Origin: an uncultured Candidatus Entotheonella sp.
Lineage (GTDB): Bacteria; Tectomicrobia; Entotheonellia; Entotheonellales; Entotheonellaceae
Direction: 5' to 3'
Assembly (NCBI GenBank): GCA_965215335.1
Contig: CBDCDA010000002.1
Span: 992,001 to 1,056,000 of the forward strand
Length of the DNA stretch: 64,000 nucleotides
The position numbers were made by a program, and so were the translations under genes. The notes under the pieces are model-generated. The model ran no database searches, was not told the DNA's origin, and worked only from the letters and a program-made list of their open reading frames with translations. Positions 17,634 to 26,093 of the stretch are shown here, piece by piece; position 1 is the first letter of the stretch, and each line of letters starts with the position of its first letter.

Positions 17634-19739
17634 ATGAAACTCGTTAAATTCAAAGTGACGAATTTTCGGTCGGTAGACGACAGCGGATGGATTGAGGTTG
17701 ATGCCGTGACGGCTTTGATAGGTGTCAACGAATCGGGTAAGACAAACCTCTTGTTGCCCCTGTGGAAGCTGAAACCGGCACGGGACGGTGAGATTCAGCC
17801 AACATCAGACTTCCCCAAAACGATGTTCGGCGACATCAGGGCCAAGCCTGGCAATTACCCTTTTATCACGGCGGAGTTTACGACCGACGATGAAGCGGAA
17901 CGAAAACGAATTGCCCAGGCCGCCGGCATAACGCCGGAAGCCGTCCGGATTGTCGAGGTTGCTCGGTTCTTTGACGGACAGTACCAAATCCGCTTCCCCG
18001 AACATAAGCGCGAGACAACGGTGGCGACACGATGGGTCAAAGAGCAACTGAGCGTTGCAGCCAAAACCGTCGAGGGCGGTAGCGCGCTCAGACAGGAGGA
18101 GAACCTTCAAAAAGACCTCGTGGATGGCATGTCCCGGGTTGCCGATACGCTACCCGAGGCGGAAACAATGGCCTTGGAACAACTGACCGTTATTCGAGAC
18201 CAAGTTGAGGAGTTGCTTCCTGAAAAGCCTGCAAAGACCAGCGTAATTGTGCCTATGGTGCAGCAGCTGCTGGCGGCGTTGACCGAGCAAATCTGTCGGC
18301 TCTCGGCGCCCGACCCCGAAAAGATGGACGAGGTCTTCGACGCAGTCATCTCCGCGATGCCCACCTTCGTCTATTACTCCAACTACGGTAATTTGGATTC
18401 TGAAATTTACTTGCCGCACGTTGTCGAAAATCTGGAACGCGATGATCTCGGTGCAAAAGAAGCCGCTAAGGCCCGTACGTTGCGCGTGCTTTTCAGTTTC
18501 GTCCAACTGCAGGCCAAGGAAATACTTGAATTGGGCAGGGACTTCCAGGACCCGAACGACCCGAAACGGGAGCCAACGGAGGAGGAACTGGAAGAAATCA
18601 ACGAGGCAAAACGAACCCGCTCTATTCTCTTGCAATCTGCCGGTGCAAAACTCACCCAGAGTTTCAGAGAGTGGTGGCACCAGGGGGATTACCGCTTCCG
18701 ATTCGAGGCAGACGGCAACCACTTTCGCATCTGGGTTGCAGATGATCACCGCCCGACGGAAGTCGAGCTGGAAAGCCGCAGTACCGGTTTGCAGTGGTTC
18801 CTGAGCTTCTACTTGGTATTCCTTGTCGAAAGTTCAAGCGAGCATGAGAAGGCGGTACTTCTTCTTGACGAACCTGGACTTTCCCTTCATCCGCTTGCCC
18901 AGCGCGACCTCTCCGCCTTCTTTCAAAGTCTGTCTGAGAGTAACTCCATCATTTATACGGCCCACTCGCCGTTCCTCGTCGACCCGGATTGGTTGGAGCG
19001 CGCCCGCAAAGTCTATGTTACGGACGACGGCACAACCAAGGCGACGCCAGACCTTCGGTACTCAAATGACAGCGAGGCCCAAGTCGGCGCAGCATACGCG
19101 GCATATTCAGGGGTAGGCCTTAATGTCGCTGAGAGCCTTCTTCTCGGATGCCAACCGGTCATTGTCGAAGGACCATCTGATCAATTTTATCTGACCGCCA
19201 TCAAGACGCTGCTGCTTTCCGGTGGGAAGATCACCCCCAAGCGGGATCTCGTATTCCCGCCTTCGGGTGGCACGAAGACCGCTCGCATCGTGGCGAGTAT
19301 CCTCACTGGCAGGGATGAAAGCCTGCCCGCGGTGCTGCTGGATGGGGACGCTCAGGGGCGGCGGATGGCAGAGGAGCTCAAGGCCACTCTGCACTCCGAC
19401 AAACCTAAGCGGGTGTTGTTGGCCAACGAATTTGCCGGGTACGACAATGCAGAGATCGAGGACTTGTTTCCGGTCCATCTGCTCGCAGACGAGATGGACC
19501 GGATAGAGCGGGTCCCGGAGACCCGGCTGGCAGACGTGATCTGCGAGGGTAAGCCGTTTGTCGGCCAGGTGAAGGCGTGGGCTGCTGAGCAAGGGGTTGA
19601 GTTGAGTAAGGACTGGAAGGTCAAACTGGCAAAACGGGTGAAAGAGCGAGCGCTGGCCAAAGGTATCGGTTGGTTCGAGAAAGATGTTGTTGATCGCTGG
19701 GTTCGACTCTTCAATGCCTTCGGGGAAGAGTCGGCCTAG
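17634..19739 (+). CDS. OLD-family ABC-ATPase/TOPRIM nuclease
   Basis: VTNFRSVDDSG, GVNESGKT (Walker A), STGLQWF, LLLDEPGLSLHP, YTAHSPF, and TOPRIM motifs IVEGPSD and LLDGD. Confidence 0.85.
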   Translation: MKLVKFKVTNFRSVDDSGWIEVDAVTALIGVNESGKTNLLLPLWKLKPARDGEIQPTSDFPKTMFGDIRAKPGNYPFITAEFTTDDEAERKRIAQAAGITPEAVRIVEVARFFDGQYQIRFPEHKRETTVATRWVKEQLSVAAKTVEGGSALRQEENLQKDLVDGMSRVADTLPEAETMALEQLTVIRDQVEELLPEKPAKTSVIVPMVQQLLAALTEQICRLSAPDPEKMDEVFDAVISAMPTFVYYSNYGNLDSEIYLPHVVENLERDDLGAKEAAKARTLRVLFSFVQLQAKEILELGRDFQDPNDPKREPTEEELEEINEAKRTRSILLQSAGAKLTQSFREWWHQGDYRFRFEADGNHFRIWVADDHRPTEVELESRSTGLQWFLSFYLVFLVESSSEHEKAVLLLDEPGLSLHPLAQRDLSAFFQSLSESNSIIYTAHSPFLVDPDWLERARKVYVTDDGTTKATPDLRYSNDSEAQVGAAYAAYSGVGLNVAESLLLGCQPVIVEGPSDQFYLTAIKTLLLSGGKITPKRDLVFPPSGGTKTARIVASILTGRDESLPAVLLDGDAQGRRMAEELKATLHSDKPKRVLLANEFAGYDNAEIEDLFPVHLLADEMDRIERVPETRLADVICEGKPFVGQVKAWAAEQGVELSKDWKVKLAKRVKERALAKGIGWFEKDVVDRWVRLFNAFGEESA

Positions 19740-20926
19740 TGGTTTGAATTTATCATTTGGAACCCTCTTTTCCGAGCGGCGATGATCTTGTCCGGATCAG
19801 CAGTCCACTTGAACGGCTTCGCTTCATGGCGGTTGTGCTCGGCGATGAAGCGACCGATGGCAGCCTCACACGCGGCAACCGAGTTGAAAATGGCACCCTT
19901 CAGGCGGCGTCTCGTCAACTTCGAGAAAAACCCCTCAACCGCATTGAGCCACGACGACGAAGTCGGCGTGAAATGGAACGTCCAGTTGGCATGCGCCGCA
20001 AGCCACGAGCGCACGCCTTGTGTCTTGTGGGTGCCATCATTGTCAAGAATGACGTGCACCTCCCGACCCCTCGGAAGTTGCCTGTCGAGGGTGTCCAGAA
20101 AGCGGAGGAATTCCTGGTGCCGATGACGCCCCATGCTCTGTCCGACCACCGTGCCGTCAAGAACATTCAAGGCCGTAAACAGCGTGGTCGTTCCGTTGCG
20201 CTGGTAGTCAGGCGTGCGCGTCTGTGGCCTTCCTTCTTTCATGGGCAGTGGTGTCTGGGTGCGCCCCAGCGCCTGAATCTGGGACTTCTCGTCTACCGAC
20301 AGGACGATCGCATGCTCGGGCGGATTGACGTAGAGTCCCACGATGGCGTGCAGTTTGTCCACGAACGCCGGATCATGGGAGAGCTTGAAGGTACGCAAGC
20401 GGTGCGGCACCAGACCATGCGCCTGCCAGATTTTGCGTACCGTCGAAAAGGCAAGCCCCACCCGTTGTGCCATCGCTCGCAGGGTCCAGTGCGTCGCCTC
20501 GCCATCGGGTGGCGACTTGGTCAACTCTACGACGTGGCGTATCGTCGAGTCGGGAATCGGCGCCTTGCCCGGCGGTCGTGTCGCGTCGTGGAGCAGCCCG
20601 TCCACGCCTTCGAGCATGTAGCGCTGTTGCCAGCGCCACACGCAGCTTTTCGACTTGCCGGTGCGACGCATGATTTCCATGGTGCCATGCCCGTGTGCGC
20701 TTTCGAGGATGATTCGTGCGCGCCAGACATGCTTTTGCCTGGCGTTTCGGTCCGCCACGATGGCTTCCAGACGACGCCGGTCATCGGGTCCAACCGTAAA
20801 GGATACGCCGGTTCGCATGAGGTGGGACTCCTGGGCTACGAGTCGTGACCTGAACTGCTTCTGAAGTTGATTCGCATCATGTTACGATAGTGGCCGCTTC
20901 GGTCTCTTTTGTCTTGCACTAACCAC
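19739..20926 (-). mobile_element. IS630 family element with full-length transposase (19736-20818)
   Basis: TA-GTGGTT...AACCAC-TA ends in a CTAG target. Motifs VDEKSQIQAL, ILDN..THK and SWLNAVEGFF. Confidence 0.93.
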
Positions 20927-21103
20927 TAGAGCGGTTTTCGCGTGACTATATGGGATAGCCACAATGGCCAGACCATCCTTGAGCATCCAGTGCCGTTACC
21001 CTATCCCACGTGCGTGCCTTTGCGCCACGCATAGCCGTCTTGAACATTGATCAACGGGGTTCAATCGGCGACAGATCGGGCGAAGAGGGCGGCGGCAAGT
21101 ACG

Positions 21104-24100
21104 CTAATCATATCTCACCGCGCGATGTTCAAGCCATTGCAGACGACGATCGATCTCGATGTCGGGATCCGCTTCAATCAGTCGATCAATGATCTCTGAA
21201 ATCTCGTAAAAGCTTCCCCGACTGTTTCGACCACAAACCAGCCAAAGCAAGTCCAGCGTCTGGCGGGGAAATTTCTCCGGCGCCTCCGACGAAGCAATGG
21301 AATGCAGACTTCCATAGCCTCCCCGATCATACGGAACAATGTACGATTGCAGCAGTTCCAAGGCTCTGGGGAATTCGTTGCCTGCTCCAACCGCCAGATC
21401 GATCAAGTGAGGGGTGAGCGACGCGTCGCGGAATTCACGTTCCTTCGGCCAAACCCGCTCAAAAAATGGAGCGACGGTCAGGCACCAAGCAGACTCGGCA
21501 CCCGTCTGGTCATCTCGAATCCATTTCGCCAAAGCTGTCAGGGCGCCGATTCGGATGGCTTGCGAAGCCTCGCGCAGAACCTGCGCAGCGTCCGATGCCG
21601 TCAAACCCCATTGAACTGCATCGCGTCCTCTGATCTCATCTATTGCTGTTCGGAGAATCTTCGAAGCAATGGCGCTACCGTCATAATCGACCGGCTTACT
21701 TTCAATCGCGCCTTTCCTGATCGCCTGCCCGAACACCTGGGTGAGTTCCGGCGTGAGCGAGCCATACCTCAGCATCACGTCACGTAGAGCCGCTCCTTGG
21801 GCATTCTCGGCGCCGATACGCGGCTTTAACAATTTGGTCACACATTGGCGATCGATGGTGAGCAGGAACGCTAGGTAACGCACCAGCATGGCGCGTCCGA
21901 GTTGCCCTGCCACGCCTTCCCATTCGGATATTCTTCTGAGGAGTCGGCGTTGCGCTCTCGTGGGCCTGAGACCTCTTTTCCGCCGGGCGTCAATCTTCAG
22001 TAACAACGCACGAGAGAGTTTTCCTTCGGGGGAACTGATAGCTTTCCTGTATAAGTCGGTCGAGAGATCGAATGATCCTGCCTGTTGTAGCCATGCGAGA
22101 TATACCTCCTGGCCTTTGCTACGAGTTGAGAGATCGAGTGATCCTGCCTGTTGTTCCGATACCATTTTCCAGAGGCGATCGAGCCAACGCTGTACAGCGC
22201 CAACACGCTTCAGCGCTCTTGAATAGATCAGGTCGACCAAGCCGGAAACCATGGGCTGTAAGGCATCTGAACTGAAGCCAGCCAAATGATTGAGTGCCTT
22301 GGTTGCCAGATTGTCGCGAATCGCTTTGCTCGCCTCGTCGTTAAACGCCAGTTCCCCGAGAAACGTGTTCCATAGGGCTCCGTTCGCCGGCGTGAGGTCG
22401 CCTCTATGGAGTGAATCGAAGGCTGCTTGCGGGTCGGAGCGGCAGAACGCCGACCAGCCTTGCCGCAATTCGACTTCGTGGCTGTAAGCAAGTTCTCGTG
22501 CGACTTGCAGGCGATCGTCTTCATCGGCTTCCATGATCGGCGCAGGGTCGCCAGCAACAAAGTGGGCCTTGGAGGCATAGGACCCAAAGAAATCGCGGTC
22601 TTCCACCGCGCGGTGGAGGTAATCGCGCCGCTTCTTGATAGCTGAAAGCTCTGCGAAGCCGGTTTTGGAAAGGACGCCAGCCTCCCGCAACATATTGAGG
22701 CGCAGCCACACTGCGGTGTCGCGTGCGTGCGCATGCCAGTCTGTCTCTCCGGGCTGGATTATGTACCGAGCGTAATAGGCATCTCCACTTTCGCGTATCC
22801 TCTTTTCAACACGACGTACAAGCGTCCGGGAAGCTGCTCCCGCCCGATCCTTGAGCAGGAGTGCAATCTCTCGGCGGATCGCCCAGAAATCGTTGTCGGA
22901 GACCGACAACAACGTGTTCATCGCCTCATTTGCATCGAAGAGATCGGCATCTCGCATGGCATGGAGGCAGAGTCGCAGGCCGATCCGTCCGGGCAACTTC
23001 TTCCAGCCAACCACGACCCTTCTCGCGTGATCCCGGTCCAGAGCCGCAGCCTGACAGAGAGAGTCCGCCAGCACGCGCACCAGAAAATTCACTCCTTCTA
23101 TGAGTTGGTTCTGATCGTGTCTTTCAATTGACGGCACCGTGAAATCATTGACGTCATAGCCTCCGCCGATCTGCTCGAGGTCGGCCTCCAATTCGAGAGT
23201 GGATTGCAGTTGAGCCGTTGCGAGGTCGAGAATCCGGCCGGCGCGGTTCGGCATCCCGAGTAGGGCCTCGATCAACTCCCCGACATCGGAGATAGCCATA
23301 CGCGGCCAAACGATGTCAGAAAACCGCACGATTGGCTGACTGCCGTTGCCATCCTGAAGCTCGCGATGCCTCGGCCTCAGTTCCAGCTTGGGCGTAAGCA
23401 GGCTGACGGCCTTTTGCAGATCGCTATCCAGCACGACGCTGCTCGTAAGCTGTTTTTGCGCCGCATGGTAAGCTGGATCAAGGATCGCAGGTTCCACAGG
23501 TTCAGCGAGGCAGAAGAGACGCCACGCGCGGTGCCAGGTTTCCTCCAAATCGTCTGCCTTCTGGGTCAATTGCCGCTCAATGTTCTCCGTGAACGGCCGG
23601 CCGAGGCGACGTTGCCACTCGCAAGCACACTCAAGCCGGTGTCGATCCTGGAAATTCTTTGCAATCCATGCGGCGATTACCCAGGCAGCGTCCTCGGCCG
23701 ACCACAGTGCGTCGTCCTGGAAGACCTGAAACCACTCAGGATCGGAAATCGCATTGAGTGCGATCGGCCAGAGGTCGCGGCGGCCGCCGAAGAGCCAACC
23801 CAGTTCCTTTCGGGCGTTGACGCCCGCCTTTGCCGCTGATTGCTCCAGGATCGCCCGCGCCCGCTCTTGTCGTGATTGCTTTGGGCGATCGGCGATATCG
23901 GCCAATTCCGCCAGGTCGCGCCAAAGCGGGGAGTGGTCGTGGCTGCCGGTACCGGGATTGACCTTGCAGTAAGGCAATGGAATCACTGCCAGCGTGCCCC
24001 AGGAGCCGAATGATTCCTCGGGGTCGTGCTCATAGGCGGTGAGCGCATACACTGTCTTGAGATCGGGAAAGCGCGCGCGGTCCGCTTCAAGGACATTGAG

Positions 24101-24784
24101 GAAGTACCGAACCGGCGCGTCATTCGCACTGTAACCCACCAAAACGATGGACTTGCAGCGCGCCAGATCAAAGAGAAAGCGCGATGCCCAACCGGAGCGC
24201 ATGTAGGCGTCGCCATACTCGGCACTCGTGAGGACCAGCGGGGTGGGTTCGAGTCCGAGCGCAGCATCCCCGAGACGGCCATGGATATGAATGATTCCCG
24301 AAAACAAGGCGCTGCCCGGGGCGGGCAGCGCCTGACCGGCAAAACTGTGGTTACGTGGCGGTTCGCCCGGCATTGCCGTCTGTATCGCTTGCTCGAGCAG
24401 CGTGTCGAAATTCGTGGTCACCACGCAGATCCGGTTATCGAGATCACGCGACAAGCGAAGGATCGTGTGGTGCTGATCGAGAACGGGATTGTCGGGCACC
24501 GCAAGGAGGTCGGAAACCGTGCTGGTCACGGCTTGCGGGTCGGACAATCGCCGGCTGAGTGATCCCAGGACTTCCTCGAAGTGGCCTTTATCGAACGCAA
24601 GCTCCTCCGATCCCGTTCTTTCGACACCTAGCGTCTCGTACGTACGCTCGACGAGACACCGAAAATCAGGCATCTGCGGTGCACTTACCCCAGTGCCGCA
24701 GAGAAAAACCACCTCGCCGGCCAGGAGTGAATCGAGGAAATCGTCTGGAAATTCAGGCCCATTTTCTGAAATCTGAAGGGCCAT
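21104..24784 (-). CDS. Defence-associated sirtuin, Dsr1-like (SIR2 domain plus long C-terminal region)
   Basis: 1226 aa. NGPEFPD..L..GEVVFLCGTGVS, VTTNFDTLLE, IHIHGRL, VLTSAEYGDAY..SGWASRF, VGYSANDAPVRY. Confidence 0.85.
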   Translation of the reverse strand: MALQISENGPEFPDDFLDSLLAGEVVFLCGTGVSAPQMPDFRCLVERTYETLGVERTGSEELAFDKGHFEEVLGSLSRRLSDPQAVTSTVSDLLAVPDNPVLDQHHTILRLSRDLDNRICVVTTNFDTLLEQAIQTAMPGEPPRNHSFAGQALPAPGSALFSGIIHIHGRLGDAALGLEPTPLVLTSAEYGDAYMRSGWASRFLFDLARCKSIVLVGYSANDAPVRYFLNVLEADRARFPDLKTVYALTAYEHDPEESFGSWGTLAVIPLPYCKVNPGTGSHDHSPLWRDLAELADIADRPKQSRQERARAILEQSAAKAGVNARKELGWLFGGRRDLWPIALNAISDPEWFQVFQDDALWSAEDAAWVIAAWIAKNFQDRHRLECACEWQRRLGRPFTENIERQLTQKADDLEETWHRAWRLFCLAEPVEPAILDPAYHAAQKQLTSSVVLDSDLQKAVSLLTPKLELRPRHRELQDGNGSQPIVRFSDIVWPRMAISDVGELIEALLGMPNRAGRILDLATAQLQSTLELEADLEQIGGGYDVNDFTVPSIERHDQNQLIEGVNFLVRVLADSLCQAAALDRDHARRVVVGWKKLPGRIGLRLCLHAMRDADLFDANEAMNTLLSVSDNDFWAIRREIALLLKDRAGAASRTLVRRVEKRIRESGDAYYARYIIQPGETDWHAHARDTAVWLRLNMLREAGVLSKTGFAELSAIKKRRDYLHRAVEDRDFFGSYASKAHFVAGDPAPIMEADEDDRLQVARELAYSHEVELRQGWSAFCRSDPQAAFDSLHRGDLTPANGALWNTFLGELAFNDEASKAIRDNLATKALNHLAGFSSDALQPMVSGLVDLIYSRALKRVGAVQRWLDRLWKMVSEQQAGSLDLSTRSKGQEVYLAWLQQAGSFDLSTDLYRKAISSPEGKLSRALLLKIDARRKRGLRPTRAQRRLLRRISEWEGVAGQLGRAMLVRYLAFLLTIDRQCVTKLLKPRIGAENAQGAALRDVMLRYGSLTPELTQVFGQAIRKGAIESKPVDYDGSAIASKILRTAIDEIRGRDAVQWGLTASDAAQVLREASQAIRIGALTALAKWIRDDQTGAESAWCLTVAPFFERVWPKEREFRDASLTPHLIDLAVGAGNEFPRALELLQSYIVPYDRGGYGSLHSIASSEAPEKFPRQTLDLLWLVCGRNSRGSFYEISEIIDRLIEADPDIEIDRRLQWLEHRAVRYD
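22059..22154. repeat. 30-bp direct repeat, 66-bp period, in frame within the sirtuin gene
   Basis: GT(C/T)GAGAGATCGA(A/G)TGATCCTGCCTGTTGT at 22059-22088 and 22125-22154. Protein reads QQAGSLDLST...QQAGSFDLST. Confidence 0.85.
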
Positions 24785-24820
24785 CGCCCATCTCCTTTAC
24801 CAGACTCCGTGCGGAAAGCC

Positions 24821-24849
24821 TTGAATAGCCTTCCAGATATACGTACATT
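24821..24849 (+). promoter_or_regulatory. Putative sigma70 promoter of the TA operon
   Basis: TTGAAT-17 bp-TACATT, with palindrome TACGTA overlapping the -10. Confidence 0.45.
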
Positions 24850-24888
24850 CTTCTACAGATTCAGTATACCTAACAAAAAGGCACCGCG

Positions 24889-25113
24889 ATGAAGCAAAAG
24901 CTCACCATCACCGTGGACGCCGAGTTACTTCCGATAGCCAAGCGGTATGCCCGCTCCCGGGGCGTGTCGCTGTCGTCGCTCATCGAGCAGTCTCTCAGGG
25001 AGATGGCGGGAGACGGCGCGCCGTCCTTCGCCTCGCGCTGGCGGGGCCAGTTCCGGGCGGCAGAGCGCGGCGACCTGCGCTACAAGGCGCTGGCGAAGAA
25101 GTACCTCCAATGA
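24889..25113 (+). CDS. DUF6364-like ribbon-helix-helix antitoxin
   Basis: MKQKLTITVD.EL...AKRYA.SRGVSLSSLIEQSL, with ATGA overlap to the PIN gene. Confidence 0.8.
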   Translation: MKQKLTITVDAELLPIAKRYARSRGVSLSSLIEQSLREMAGDGAPSFASRWRGQFRAAERGDLRYKALAKKYLQ

Positions 25114-25517
25114 TCCTTCTGGACACCGACGTGCTCATCGACATCGCCCTCGACAGACGCCCGCACGCCGGCCCGGCTTCGGAACTCCTCGACCGCATCG
25201 AGCACGGCGCCGAGAGCGCCTGCATTGCTTGGCACACGGTGTCGAACTTCCATTACATCGTAGCGCCGTTGCGTGGCAGGGTGAGCACTCGTGATTTCAT
25301 CGTCGAATTGACCCGCTTCGTGGCCGTGGCGACCACTGACACAGAGGCCATCCGTTACGCCGCGGCGCTTCCGATGGCGGACTTCGAGGACGCCATGCAG
25401 GTGGCCGCCGCGCGTGCCTGCGGCGCTCGATACGTCGTCACGCGGAACGTCAGGGACTACGAGCGCTCTCCAATCCGTGCGATCGACCCCGAGGAGGCGC
25501 TCAGTGGACTGTTCTGA
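25110..25517 (+). CDS. PIN domain (VapC-like) toxin
   Basis: ILLDTDVLID, DFEDAMQVAAA, VVTRNVRDY. Confidence 0.9.
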   Translation: MILLDTDVLIDIALDRRPHAGPASELLDRIEHGAESACIAWHTVSNFHYIVAPLRGRVSTRDFIVELTRFVAVATTDTEAIRYAAALPMADFEDAMQVAAARACGARYVVTRNVRDYERSPIRAIDPEEALSGLF

Positions 25518-26093
25518 CGCCTGATGGTTCGGTCCAGGCACTTGACGCGCCTCTGTAAGCCTGTAGGTCGTGAATGGATTCATGACATCCGCCCGCCTGG
25601 AAACCATCTTCGGCCCTGGGCGTGGCTGGCCGTCACAGGCAGGTTCTTCCGCGACGGCGTGGGAACACGGGCCTACCACCTGCTATGGCCGATGACGTAG
25701 CCAGCAAAGGTGAGCTGCTTCGCGACCCAGATACCCGTTCTGCTGCAGCGACAGTATCCAGGTTGGTTCACATACTGTAAGACGGCGCTCATGATTGTGG
25801 GAATGTCTGCGCTGGTATATGGTCTGTTCCAGTTAGCGTTATCAAAACCCAGTGCGTAATCCCCGTATGGAATGAAGACATTTACCCCAATGCCAGTTGG
25901 GAAACCCTTTAACCACGACTCCCCGGCCCTGTGGCTACCGCGCCAGCTTTCGACCCTACCGATATGAGCGGTGACTGGAAACGGGGTTATGGCGGAGTGA
26001 GGTGCCGGCATTGCGAAAGCCGCCGGCAACAGCTACTCCCATCCGCCTACCGCTGTCAGCGCCGACTCTCTGCCCCCTCCCGCAAAGGATTCC

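Noticed and set aside
22059..22154. 30-bp repeat / 36-bp spacer as a mini CRISPR array
   Set aside because: Only two copies, in frame inside a gene, no palindrome or leader, and no cas genes in the window.
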